Shown here piece after piece: positions 50,771 to 63,724 of a stretch of 64,000 nt of DNA. Position 1 is the first letter of the stretch. Every line of letters begins with the position of its first letter. The notes under the pieces are model-generated. The model saw nothing but the letters and a program-made list of their open reading frames with translations, did not search any database and had not been told where the DNA came from. Both the position numbers and the translations under genes were made by a program. Source of the DNA: Felis catus (Eukaryota); the NCBI RefSeq assembly GCF_018350175.1, contig NC_058369.1, forward strand, positions 19,718,001 through 19,782,000. Direction: 5' to 3'.

Positions 50771-51360
50771 AAAGAATGAAATTTTGCCCTTTGCAATGAT
50801 GTGGATAGAGCCATTATGCTAAGCAAAAATAAGTCAGTCAGAGAAAGACAAATACCATATGATTTCACTCACATGTGGAATTTAAGAAACAAAACAGATG
50901 GACACAGATGGGGAAAAACAGTAAGAGAGGCAAACCAGAAAACAGACTCAACTGTAGAGAACAAACTGAAGGTTGCTGGAGGGGAGGGGGGCAGGGGGAT
51001 TGGTTAAATAGGTGATGGGTATTAAGGAGGGCACTTGTGATGAGTACTGGGTGTTGTATGTAAGTGATGAATCACTAAATTCTACATCTGAAACTTATAT
51101 TACACTGTATGTTAGCTAACTGGAATTTAAATTGAAAAAAATTTAAATGTTTTATTTATTTTTGAGAGTGAGAGTGCAAGCAGGGAGGGACAGAAAGACA
51201 GGGGAGCAGAAGATCAGAAGTGGGCTCTGCGCTGACAACAGCAACCCAGTGTGGGGCTCGAACTCACAAACTGTGAGATCGTGACCTGAGCCTACATCAG
51301 ATGTTCAACCAATTGAGCCACTCAGGCACCCCAATTAACTGGAATTTAAATAAAAACTTA
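50771..51360 (+). mobile_element. Carnivore L1 3' end, interrupted by a SINE
   Basis: aaagaatgaaattttgcc...gatgaatcactaaattctac...taactggaatttaaat. Confidence 0.82.
51135..51332 (-). mobile_element. Can-SINE
   Basis: TSD taactggaatttaaat. Confidence 0.87.
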
Positions 51361-51851
51361 CACTGTTTTATATTATCTCACGGTTTTTTTGTTTTTGTTT
51401 TTTTTACTGCTGTTTAATTTTTTAGGCTTTCCCTCAACTATGTTCCTTTATTTGTGTGGTTTTAATACTAGGTCTTCAAGTGTGCTGCTCTTTCTTCCAC
51501 AGTATTTAATCTTCCATTAAATACCTTGAATGAAGTTTTCACTTAGATGTGTTTTTCAGCTCTGTTATTTCCATTTTGTTCCATTTTGTATATTTATTCC
51601 ACTTTCATTATGTTCATGGTTTCTTTTAAATTCTTGAGGAAACTTTAATAGTTATTTTTAACTTCTTTTCTGCTAGTTACCATTGTATATCATTCTTGGT
51701 CTATTTTTATTGATTACTTTTTCTTCTGATTATGGTTTATATTTTCTCATACCTGGTAATTTTTTGTGTTTTCTTTTCCAGAATTTTGAAGTTGTGTTGT
51801 TGAATTTATTGATCTGAATTTTGTTATCTTCTTTTAAAGAAAGTTTAATTC

Positions 51852-51955
51852 TTTTCTTTTTTTAAGTAGGCTCAATGTCCAGTGTGGGGCTTGGACTCAT
51901 GGACCCTGAGACCAAGAGTTGCATGTTCTACCAACTGAACCAGCTAGGCACCCCA
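51852..51955 (-). mobile_element. Short older Can-SINE
   Basis: aagtaggctc..gtggggcttggactc..gaccctgagaccaagagttgcatg...ggcacccc. Confidence 0.75.
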
Positions 51956-53006
51956 GAAATTTAATTCATTTTTGCAGGCAATTAATTCACTTGTAATTCA
52001 GCTTGATCCTTAAGGTTTGTTGCAGTATGTCTACAGTAGCCTTTACTCTAGGATTGTTTGACCTTGCTCTTTACGTGCAGTCTTACTGGGTCTTTACTGC
52101 AAGACCATGTGTTCACGGAGTTCTTTCATTCTGGTGGGTTAGCATTTAAATATGTACCAATCTTATGTTTTTTCCAGGAATTGTTTAGTTTACAGATGTC
52201 CATTAATTGTTCTTTTCCTGGACTTGTATAGTCTCACTGTACGATTGCAGCTTAGTTTTCAGGCAAAGACTCAAGGAAATCTCTATGGGGAATCCTGTAA
52301 TTCTTAGTCTTCATGATTCCCTTCTGTTCTGTCACACAGAATCCATCTCTTCCACTCTTCTTTACTGATGTGTACAGTGTTTACTAATGTTTACAAATGT
52401 TTACAGTGCTTTGCTCTGTGCTGTCCTGTTTTGATCTATAAAGACCTCTAGACAAAAAGTGTTAGAAAATTGTATGACTCACTTCCTTTGTTTCCCTTCT
52501 CCTAGTGATCACACATTACTGTGCTACTGGTTGTCTAGTTTCTGAAAACAGTTGTTTCACATATTTGGTTCAGTTTTCTAGTTGTTTTTGACAGAAGACA
52601 GGTCCTGGTTTTCTTTGTTATACGTTATATTTTTGAGATAATTAAGGATTCATATGCAGTTATAATAAATATAAAGAGATCCAAGTCTTCCATTGATAAC
52701 ATCTTATAAAACTGTAGTACAATATAAAAACCAGGACAGTGACATTAATATAATCAAGAGGCAAAACATTTCCATCACCACAAGGATCTCTCATTTTGCC
52801 TTTTTGTAGCAATACCCACTTCCCCTCCACGTCTACTGCCTTGTGTTTTCTGGCAACCAGTAATCTGTTTTCTTTTTTTTAGAATTTCATCATTTAAAAA
52901 TGTATGTAAGTGGAGCCATACAGTATGGCAACATTTTGGAATTGGGAATTTTCACTCAGCATAACTGTCTGGAAATTTGTCCATATTGTTGCATGTATCA
53001 TTCCTT

Positions 53007-53211
53007 GGGGCATCTGGGTGGCTTTGTCAGTTTAGCATCTGAATTTGGCTCAGGTCATGATCTCATGGTTTGTGAGTTCAAGCCCTGCATTGAGCTCTGT
53101 ACTGACAGTGTGGAGCCTGCCTGGGATTATCTCTCTTGCTCGCTCTCTCTTTCCCCCTCCTTGTGTGCGCGCGCTCTCTCTCTCTCAAAATTAACAAATA
53201 CACTTAAAAAA
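53007..53211 (+). mobile_element. Can-SINE
   Basis: ggggcatctgggtggct head; CT tract. Confidence 0.85.
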
Positions 53212-53445
53212 TAGTGCATTCCTTTTTATTTTTGAGTTATATGTTATGGCATGGATATACCATTTGTTTAACCATTCATATTTTGAAGGTTATCCAAGTG
53301 TCCAGTTTTTTGCTATTAAAAGAGAACTGTTATAAACATTTATGTACAGGTTTTGTGCTTTCATGAATAAAAGTTTATATTTCCCTGGAGTAAATGCCCA
53401 GGCATGCACTTGTTGGTTTATAGGATAGTTGCAGATGTAGTTTTT

Positions 53446-53677
53446 TTTAAATTTTTTTTTTCAACATTTATTTATTTTTGGGACAGAGAGAGACAGAGCA
53501 TGAACGGGGGAGGGGCAGAGAGAGAGGGAGACACAGAATCGGAAACAGGCTCCAGGCTCTGAGCCATCAGGCCAGAGCCCGACGCGGGGCTCGAACTCAC
53601 GGACCACGAGATCGTGACCTGGCTGAAGTCGGAGGCTTAACCCGGACGCTTAACCGACTGCGCCACCCAGGCGCCCC
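53446..53677 (-). mobile_element. Young felid SINE (SINEC_Fc-like) with an internal 13-bp duplication
   Basis: Perfect TSD gcagatgtagttttt. Confidence 0.95.
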
Positions 53678-55082
53678 GCAGATGTAGTTTTTAAAGAAAC
53701 GGTCAAACCAATTTCTAGAGAGGTGGTACCATTATACATTTCCACCTGCAGTGTAGGAGAGATCTAGTTTCTTGGCATTCTTACCAACATTTGATTTTGT
53801 CACTGTTTTCTATTTAGTCATTCTGATAGGTGTAGTAGTATCTCATTGTAATTTTAATTTGTATTTCCGTAATGGTTACTGATGTTGAACACATGTTTAT
53901 TTGCCATCTGTATATGATCTTCACACCTTTTACCCATTTTCTAATTGGACTTTCTGTTTTTAACTATTATGTTTTGGAGTTCTCTATATATTCTAGATAC
54001 TAGTTTTATATCAGATGTGTGGTTTGAAAATTTTTCTCTCCATCTGTATGCTCTTGAACAGTCTTTCACAGAGGAAGTTTTAAATTTTGGTGGAGTGTGA
54101 CTTGAGAGTGTTTCCTCTCATGGATTGTGCATTTGGTATAAAATCTAAGAGTTCTTTGCCTTCCCTTAGATTTCCTGTGTAGAAGATTTTCTCTTATGTT
54201 TTTTCTAAAAGTTACATAGTTTTATCTTTTAAGTCTTTGATCTATTTGAAGTTAATTTTTAGAGTAGGTTTGATGGTGAGGTTGACTTATTCCATCTATA
54301 CCTGGTTTGTTGACACTATCAGGGATATTGTTTTGTGTATGCATGTCCGGTTGCTCCAGCTTCATTTGTTGAAAAGGTTATTTTTCCCCTATTAAATTGC
54401 TGTTGTAAAAACAGCAACAGTATATTTGTATCGGTCTGTTTCTGGTTTCTCCGTTCTATTTCATTGATCTATTTGCCTGTCTCTCTGCCAATACTGCAAG
54501 TCTTGATTTTTGTAGCTGTCTTGAAATCTGATAGACTGATTTTATTCTCACACTTTATTCTGTTTAAAAATTTTTTTTATGTATTCTAGTTTATTTTTCA
54601 TATAAACTTTAGAAGAATCTTGAGAATATGTAAAAAATCTTGCTAGGATTTTTTAGGGATCATATTAAACATGTGTACTGGTTTGGGGAGAAATGATAGG
54701 TTGAGTCTTCAAGTCCATGCACATAGTCTATCTCTTTGGTTATTCAGCGTTTTTGACATTTTCATATATAAGTTATGTATCTGTTTTGTTAGATTACACC
54801 TGAGTATATCCTATTTTTGAGTGATTATAAATGGTATTGTATTTTAAATTTCAGTGTGCTCAGGTTCATTGCTAGTATCTAGAAATATAATTGATTTGTG
54901 TATGTTTATTTGTGTCCTGTAACCTTTGTTTAACTCTCTTATCAGTTATAGGACTTTTTTTTTTTTTAACTTTTTGGGATTTTCTACATAGATAATCATG
55001 TCATTTGCAAGCAGAGTCATTTTTATCTCTTCATTTCTGAACTGTATGCATTTTATTTCCTTTTTAAAATTAGTGCTTTATT

Positions 55083-55294
55083 GGGGCACCTGGATGGCTC
55101 AGTCGGTTAAGCATCCGATTTCGGCTCAGGTCATGATCTCATGGTTTGTGAGTTTGAGCCCCCGGTCAGTCTCTGTGCTGACAGCTCAGAGCCTGGAGCC
55201 TGCTTTGGATTCTGTGTCTCCCTCTCTTTGCCCCTCCCCTCCTTGTGCTCTGTCTCCCTGTCTCTCAAAAATAAATAAATATTTAAAAAAATTT
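55083..55294 (+). mobile_element. Can-SINE
   Basis: TSD aaaattagtgc(t/c)ttatt. Confidence 0.9.
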
Positions 55295-56289
55295 AAAATT
55301 AGTGCCTTATTTCACTGGCTAGAATTTCCAACACTATGGTGAATATGAATGGTGCCCTTGATCTTAGGGGGAAAATATTCATTCTTTCACCATTAAGTAT
55401 AATGCTTCTTTGTAAGTGCTTTTCATCAAATTAGGAAGTTCTCCTCTATTCCTAGTATTAATTTTACTTAATATTATTTCAGCTTTATTGAGATATAATT
55501 GATAAAGTTGTATATGTCTAATGTGTACAAGATGATGACTTGATATATGTATACTTTGTGAAATGATTTACACAGTTAATTGATTAACACATCTGTCACT
55601 TCACATAATAACTTTTTTTTTTTGCTGGTAGAAATGCATAAGATGTATTCTTATAGCAGATTTCTAGTACACGACCCACTTTTATTAGTCATAGTCAATA
55701 TGTAATACATTGGATCCTCAGAGCTTTTCATCAGCTTATATAAGTTTATTATTCAGCTTATAGCAGAAAGGTTGTACCCTTTGACCAGCATGTTCACAAT
55801 TTCCCCACTTCCTAGCCCCTGGTAGCAACCATTCTACTCTCTGTATGAGTTCAATATTTACTTATTTATTTATAAAACATACACTATTTGTCTTTCTATG
55901 TCTGGCTATTTTCATTTAGCATAATGTTGCAAATGGCAGAATTTCCTTCTTTCCTTTGGCTGAATAATACTCCGTTGTGTGTATGTGTGTGTGTATCCCA
56001 TCATCTATCTGCTTATCCATTGGTAGACACTTAGGTTGTTTCCATATCTCGGCTATTGTGAATAATGCTATAAGGAATATGGGAGTGCAGCTGTCTCTTT
56101 GAGACATGATTTATAGTTAAGATTATATCTTGCAGATACATAGCCAGAGGTGGAATTCCTTGATCATATGTTGGTTCTCTTTTTAATTTTTTGAGGAACC
56201 TAAATAGTGTTTTACATAATGGCCAGAGCAGTTTACATACCACCAACAGTGTATGGGATTTCCTTTTTCCACACTCTCACTGAGACTTA

Positions 56290-56324
<35 letters not shown>

Positions 56325-57989
56325 ATAATAGCCATTCTAACAAATGTGAGGTGATATCTCATTTTGGTTTTGGTTTGTATTTCCTTGCTGATTAGTGATG
56401 TTGAACACTTTTTCTTATACCTTTTGGCTGTTTGTATGTCTTTGGACATACAATGAAATGTGTATTCAATTCCTTTGTCCATTTTTAAGTCAGTCAGATT
56501 ATTTGTATTCTGCTTCTGAGTTGTAGGAGTTATAGGAGTTATCAGATTTATGGTTTGCAGATATTTTTGTTTCAGTATGTTTGTTGCCTTTTCATTTTGT
56601 TGAGTTTTCCTTTATTGTGCAGAGGCTTTTTGGTTTGATGTAATCCTAATTGTCTGTTTTAGGCTTTTTGTTGCCTGTGCTTTTGGTGTCATATCCAAAA
56701 AAGTCATTGTGAAGACCAATGTCAGGGAGCATTTTCCTTGACTTTTCTTCTAGGATTTTTATGGTTTTGGGTCTTATATTTAAATCTTTAATCTGTTCTC
56801 AGTTGATTTTTGAGTATGATGTGTAAGGGTGTATTTTTATTCTTTTGCATGTTTATATCCAGTTTTCCTATACAATTAATTGAAGGGAACTATCATTTCC
56901 TCATTGTGTATGCTCAGTACCTTAGTCATAAATTAATTGGTTGTATATGTATGGATTTATTTTTGAGCTCTCTATTCTGTTCTTTAGATTTATGTGTCTG
57001 TTTTTATGCTAGTGCCTTACTCTTTTGATTACTATAGCTTTTTAATATAGTTTGAAGTCAGGAAGTGTGATGCCTCCAGCTTTGCTCTTCTTGCTCAGGA
57101 TTGCTTTAGCTCATTGGGGTCTACTGTGGTTCCAGATTAGTTTTAGTATGGTTTCTTCTGTTTTTGTGAAAAGTGCCATGGGAATTTTGGAAGAAATTGC
57201 ATTGTGTAGTATGGCCATTTTAACAGTAGTAATTCTTCTAATCCATGAACATGGGATATTTTTTAATTTTTTGTGTCTTCTTTTTGTGTCTTCTTCATTT
57301 TCTTTCATCTATGTCTTAACAGTTTTCAGTGTACAGATCTTTCACCTGCTTGGTTATATTTAACCCTAAATATTGTATTCTTTTTGATGCTATCGTAAGA
57401 GGATTTTATTAATTTTTCTGTCTGATAGCTCATTTTAGTTTAAGAAATGCAGCTTATTTTTTGTATATTAATTTTTTATCTTGAAACTTTAACAGCTTTA
57501 TCAGTTCTGAAAGTTTTTTGGTGGAGGCTTTATGGTTTTCTATATATAAGATCATGTCATAGGCAAAACAGAGACAGTTTTAACTTCTTCCTTTCCAAAT
57601 GGTTGTCTTCATTTATTCTCTTGCTTAGTTGCTCTGGCTAGGACTTCTGTGTTGAACAGAAGTGGTGAAAGTAGGCATCCTTGCCTTCTAATTGGTTGTA
57701 GAGGTAAAGCTTTCATCAAATATGTTTTCTGTGAGCTTGTCATATGTGGCCTTTATTATGGCAAAGTGTATTCTATCTATACCTCTCCATCTATACCTGA
57801 GAGTTTTTATCATAATAGGCTATTGAATTTTGTCAAATGCTTTTTCTGCATTTATTGAGATCATATTTTTATCCTTCATTCTGTTAATGTATGTATCACT
57901 TACTGATTTTCATATGTTGAACTATCCTTGCATTTGATGGATAAGTCCCACTTAATGACAGTATATGATTCTTTTAATACGCTATTTTT

Positions 57990-58189
57990 AAATAAAATTT
58001 TAATGTCTATTTATTTTTGAGACAGAGACAGTGCACGTAGGGCAGGGGCAGAGAGAGGGGGAGAGAGGATCCAAAGCAGGCTCTGAGCTGACAGCTGCGA
58101 GCCCAGTGTGGGGCTTGAACCTATGAACTGCAAGATCATGACTTGAGCCAAAGTTGGATGCTCAACCGACTGAGCCACCCAGGCGCCCC
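57990..58189 (-). mobile_element. Can-SINE
   Basis: Antisense body ending ccaggcgcccc. Confidence 0.88.
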
Positions 58190-58545
58190 TTTAATGTGCT
58201 GTTGAATTTGGCTTGCTAGTATTTTGTTGAGAATATTTTTGTATCTGCATTCATCAGGATATTGGCCTTTAATTTTCTTGTTTTGTTAAGTTAGCATTAC
58301 CTTGATACATGACAAAGATGTCTGGCTTTGGTATCAACATAATGCAGACTTTGTAAAATGAGCTTTGAGGTGTTACTTCCTCTTCGGTTTTTTGGAAGAC
58401 CCTGAGAAAGATTTGTATTGATTTTTCTTTAAATCTTTGGTAGAATTCATCAGTTAAACCATCTGTTACTGGAGTTGTCTTTGTTCAGAGGTTTGAAACA
58501 TCTGATTTAATCTTCTTAGTCATAATTGGTTTGTTCAGATTTTCT

Positions 58546-58755
58546 TTTTTTTTAATGTTTATTTTATTTTTGAGAGAGAAAGAGAGAGAGCATGAGCAGA
58601 GGAGGGGCAGAGAGAGGGACACAGAGGATCCGAAGCAGGCTCTGCTCTTACAGCAGAGAGCCTGATCTGGTGCTTGAACTCACACACCATGAGATCATGA
58701 CCTGAGCCGAAATCAAGAGTTGGACACTTAACCAACTGAGCCACCCAGGTGCCCC
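58546..58755 (-). mobile_element. Can-SINE
   Basis: TSD ttcagattttct. Confidence 0.88.
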
Positions 58756-58938
58756 TATTCAGATTTTCTATTTATGATTCAGTCTTGTCAGGGTATATGT
58801 TTCTAGCAATCTGTCCATTTCTTTTAGGTTAACCAATTTGTTGGTGTATAATAGTTCATAGTAATCTCTTATAATCCTTGTATTTTTATGGTATCAGTTG
58901 TGGTGTCTCCTCTTTCATTTAAAAAAAAAAAACTATTT

Positions 58939-59290
58939 TTTTCCAGTGTGGCTGCACCAGTTTGCATTCCCACCAACAGTGCAAGAAGGTTCCCATTTCT
59001 CCACATCCTCTCCAGCATCTATAGTCTCCTGATTTGTTCATTTTAGCCACTCTGACTGGCATGAGGTGGTATCTCACTGTGGTTTTGATTTGTATTTCCC
59101 TGATGAGGAGTGATGTTGAGCATCTTTTCATATGCCTGTTGGCCATCTGGATGTCTTCTTTAGAGAAGTGTCTATTCATGTTTTTTGCCCATTTCTTCAC
59201 TGGATTATTTGTTTTTCGGGTGTGGGGTTTGGTAAGTTCTTTATAGATTTTGGATACTAGCCCTTTGTCTGATATGTCATTTGCAAATAT
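58939..59290 (-). mobile_element. Inverted segment of a second twin-primed felid L1
   Basis: Minus [17 protein letters not shown]...[13 protein letters not shown]. Confidence 0.9.
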
Positions 59291-59898
59291 AACATTGTGG
59301 AAGTTCCTCAAAAATTAAAAATAGATCTACCCTATGACCCAGCAATAGCACTGCTAGGAATTTACCCAAGGGATACAGGAGTGCTGATGCATAGGGGCAC
59401 TTGGACCCCAGTGTTTATAGCAGCACTTTCAACAATAGCCAAATTATGGAAAGAGCCTAAATGTCCATCAACTGATGAATGGATAAAGAAATTGTGGTTT
59501 ATATACACAATGGAATACTACTTGGCAATGAGAAAGAATGAAACATGGCCTTTTGTAGCAACGTGGATGGAACTGTAGAGTGTTATGCTAAGTGAAAGAC
59601 AGAGAAAGACAGATACCATATCTTTTCACTCTTATGTGGATCCTGAGAAACTTAACAGAAGACCATGGGGCAGGGGAAGGAAAAAAAAGGTTAGAGAGGG
59701 TGGGAGCCAAACCATAAGAGACTCTTAAAAACTGAGAATAAACTGAGGGTTGATGGGGGGTGGGAGGGAGACGAGGGTGGGTGATGGGCATTGAGGAGAG
59801 CACCTGTTGGGATGAGCACTGGGTGTTGTATGGAAACCAATTTGGCAATAAATTTCATATTAAAAAAATAAAAAATAAAAAAAACCAAAAAATAAAAT
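59291..59898 (+). mobile_element. Sense segment of the second twin-primed felid L1
   Basis: [18 protein letters not shown], 3'UTR and A tail; TSD aaaaactattt at 58928-58938 and 59899-59909. Confidence 0.9.
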
Positions 59899-59909
59899 AA
59901 AAACTATTT

Positions 59910-60842
59910 AACTTCAAGTTAGGTAATACACAGTATTGTATTGGTTTCAGGAGTAGAACCCACGGACTCATCACTTACGTATAACACCCAGTGCTCATCC
60001 CAACAAGTGCCCTCCTTAATGCCTGTCACCCATTTAACCCAAGCCCCCTGCCCACCTCCCTTCTAGTAACCCTCAGTTTGTTGTGTATGTTTAGGAGTCT
60101 CTTATAGTTTGCCTTCCTCTCTGTTTTTATCTTATTTTTCTTTTCCTTCTCCCATGTTCATCTGTTTTGTTTCTTATACTCCACACATGAAGTGAAATTA
60201 ATATTATGTTTGTCTTTCTCTGACTTATTTCGCTTAGCAGAATACACTCTAGTTCCATCCATGTTGTCGCAAATGGCAAGATTTCATTCTTTTTGATTGC
60301 CAAATAGTATTCCATTGTGTATATATATATTGTGTATGTATATACACATACATACATATTGTGTATATATATATACATATATATATATATGCCACATACA
60401 TACCATATATTCTTAATCCATTCATCAGTCAGTGGACATTTGGGCTCTTTTTATAACTTGGCTATTGTTGATAGTGCTGCTGTTAACATTGGGAGGCATG
60501 TTCCCTTTTAAATCAGCATTTTTGTATCCTTTGGATAAATACCTAGTAGTGCAATTGCTGGGTTGTAGGATAGCTCTGTTTTTTTATTTTTTGAGGAACT
60601 TCCATACTATATTCCAAAATGGCATCCTTGCCACTTTGGAAACATCTGTTGTTTCCTGAGTTGTTAATTTTAGCTATACTGATAGATGTGAGGTGGTATC
60701 ATTGTGGTTTTGATTTGTATTTCCCTGATGATGAGTGATATTGAGCATCTTTTCATGTGTCTGTTAGCCAACTGGATGTCTTCTTTGGAAAAGTGTCTGT
60801 TCATGTCTTCTGCCCATTTCTTCACTGGATTATTTGTTCATT
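59910..60842 (-). mobile_element. Carnivore L1 3' portion (host of the twin-primed L1)
   Basis: Outer TSD ctctttcattt at 58910-58920 and 60843-60853. Confidence 0.85.
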
Positions 60843-61039
60843 CTCTTTCATTTTTGATTTTATATATTTGATTCTTTCTCTTATTTTCTATGTTAGTCTG
60901 GCTAAAGGTTTTTCAATTTTTTTTATCTTTTCAAACAACTAGATCTTAATTTCATTGATGTTTACTAGGCTCTATTTTATTAATTTTGTCTCTAATCATT
61001 ATATAAACTTCCTTTTCCTAATTTTGGGCTTACTTCATT

Positions 61040-61258
61040 ATTTTTAAAAAATATTTGTTTATTTATGTTGAGAGAGAGAGTGCACATTCATGTGCAAGCT
61101 GAGAGAGAGGCAGGGAGAGAGGGAGAGAAGAATCTCAAGCAGGCTCCATGCTGTCAGCTCAGAGCCCAGGCAGGGCTAGATCTCATTAACCATGAGATCA
61201 TGACCTGAGCCAAAATCAAGAGTTGGATACTTAATGACCCAGTCACCCAGGTGCCCCC
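61040..61258 (-). mobile_element. Can-SINE
   Basis: Antisense body ending ccaggtgcccc. Confidence 0.86.
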
Positions 61259-61594
61259 TAAGTCATTATTTTTATAGTTCCTTGAGGTATAAAATTAGGT
61301 TGCTCTTTGAGTATTGTTTCCTTATTTTAGGCATTTATCACTATAAACCTTCATCTTAGAGCTGCTTTTTCTGTATCCTATAAGTTTTGCTATGTTGTGT
61401 TTCCATTTCTATTTGTTTCAGTTATTTTTTGACTTCTCTTTTGATTTCTTCTTTGGCCAATTTGCTTGCTGTTCAGGAGTGTGTTGTTTAATTTCCACAT
61501 ATTTGTGAATTCTTGTTATCAATTTCTAGTTTCATACCATTGTGATTAGAAAAGATAATTGGTATGCTTTTAGTCTTCTTGAGTTGAAGACTTC

Positions 61595-61809
61595 TTTTAA
61601 AAAAATTTTCTTTTTAACATTTATTTATTCTTGAGAGACAGAGTACAAGCAGGGGAGGGGCAGAGAGAGGGGGAGACACAGAATCTGAAGCAGTCTCCAG
61701 GCTCTGAGTTGTCAGAACAGAGCCTGACATGGGGCCCGAGCCCACGAACTGTGAGATCATGGCCTGAGCTGAAGTCGGACGCTTAACCAACTGAGCCATC
61801 CAGGCACCC
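61595..61809 (-). mobile_element. Can-SINE
   Basis: TSD tgagtt(g/a)aagactt. Confidence 0.88.
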
Positions 61810-62544
61810 TGAGTTAAAGACTTATTTTGTGGCTTAGCATGTTCTCTACCCTGAGACTAGTCTGTGTGTGTTTGAGAAGAGTGTGTATTATGCTGCTGTT
61901 AAATTGAATATTCTTTATATGTCTGTTAGGTCCATTTGTTTAAAGTGTAATTTAAGTCTAATTCTTATTAATACTCTGGATCTAACCTTTGTTGAAAGAG
62001 GGTATTGATATTCCTTACTTTTTTTGGTAATGTTGTCTGCTCTCCCTTCAGATCTGTTAGTATTTAATATATTTAGGTGTTCTGTTTTTTTGGGGTATAT
62101 ACATATTTGCAATTGTTTTATCCTCAGGATGAATTAACCCCTTTGTCATTATATAATCAACTTCTTTGACTCTTGTTTGTGACTTGAAATCTAATTTGTC
62201 TGACATAAGTATAGCTAACTCTCCTTTCTTTTGGTTTACATCTGCATGGACTATATTTTTTTAATTTCCTTTGAGCCTTTGTTTATCCTTAAAGGTAACG
62301 TGAGTTTCTTATAGGCAGCATGTGATTGGGTTATATTTTTAGTCCATTCAGCAACTATATTGCCTTTTAATTGGAGAACTTAATCTATTTAAATTTAATT
62401 ATTAGTAGGTTAAGGACTTAATAATGTTATCTTGTTAATTGTTTTCTGGCTCTTTTAGTTCACTTGTCTTTCCTTTTTCTCTTCATTTGCGAATTGGTGA
62501 TTTTTCATCATGGTATGGTTTGATTACCTTTTCTTTACCTTTTT

Positions 62545-62763
62545 AAAAAAAATTTTTTTTTCAGTTTATTTATTTTTGAGACAGAGAGAGACAGAGCATG
62601 AACGGGGGAGGGTCAGAGAGACAGGGAAACACAGAATCGGAAGCAGGCTCCAGGCTCTGAGCCATCAGCCCAGAGCCCGACGCGGGGCTCGAACTCATGG
62701 ACCGCGAGATCATGACCTGAGCTGAAGTCGGACGCTTAACCGACTGAGCCACCCAGACGCCCC
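62545..62763 (-). mobile_element. Can-SINE (felid)
   Basis: Full antisense body. Confidence 0.9.
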
Positions 62764-63488
62764 AGTTTCTTTTATTTTTTTAAAAACAAAACAATTTCCA
62801 ATTGTTCATGGCTAGTATATAGAAATACAGTTTGTTTTAGCATATGGACCTTATATCTTGCAACCTTGCTAAACACATTTAGTTCTATTATTTAGGGGGC
62901 AAGAAGATTCTGTTGGGTTTTTCCCACAGATATGTCATATGACTAATGAAAATTTTACTTCTTCCTTTCCAATCTGGATGCCTTTAATTACTTTTCTTAC
63001 CTTTTTGTACTAGCTAGAATGTTGTAGGTTTTTCTTTGTGGTTGCAATGAGGCTTATATGAAACACCTTTTAACAGTCTGTTTTATGCTGATAATATTTT
63101 GGACTTCAATCTTATATACAAATTGTACCCTTTTACTCCTACCCACATTTTATATTTTTCATGTTGCAGTTTACATTTTCATATATTATGTATTCTTTAA
63201 CAAATTACTGTAGTTGTAGTTATTTTTAATACTTTTGTTTTTTACTCCATACTAGAGTTAATTGATTAATATGCCACTATATAACAGTTCTAGAGAATTC
63301 TGAATTTATAAACTTACCTTTACCAGTGTGTTTTATATTTTTATATGTTTTATGTTACTGATTTGTTAGTGTCCTTCCATTTTTGCATGAAGAGCTTCTT
63401 TCAGCATTTCTTATAAGGCAGATTTAGTTGTGATGAACCCTCTCAGTTTTTGTTTGCCTTGGGAAATCTTTCTCTGTCCTTTATTTTT

Positions 63489-63724
63489 TTTTTTTTATTT
63501 TTTTTTAAATTTTTTTTTTTCAACATTTATTTATTTTTGGGACAGAGAGAGACAGAGCATGAACGGGGGAGGGGCAGAGAGAGAGGGAGACACAGAATCG
63601 GAAACAGGCTCCAGGCTCTGAGCCATCAGCCCAGAGCCTGACGCGGGGCTCGAACTCACGGACCGCGAGATCGTGACCTGGCTGAAGTCGGACGCTTAAC
63701 CGACTGCGCCACCCAGGCGCCCCA
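63489..63724 (-). mobile_element. Young felid SINE (SINEC_Fc-like)
   Basis: Perfect TSD tctctgtcctttattttt at 63471-63488 and 63725-63742. Confidence 0.95.

Larger units (their letters stand above)
52625..55455 (-). mobile_element. L1MD-like element, interrupted by three SINEs
   Basis: 3' end ...aacatttccatcaccacaaggatc...; degraded antisense ORF2. Confidence 0.65.

Noticed and set aside
7098..63641. Recurrent short ORFs of the MAQSVKRPTSAQVMIS type, suggesting a peptide family or a CRISPR-like array
   Set aside because: They are translations of dispersed Can-SINE copies with TSDs, with no regular repeat-spacer spacing.
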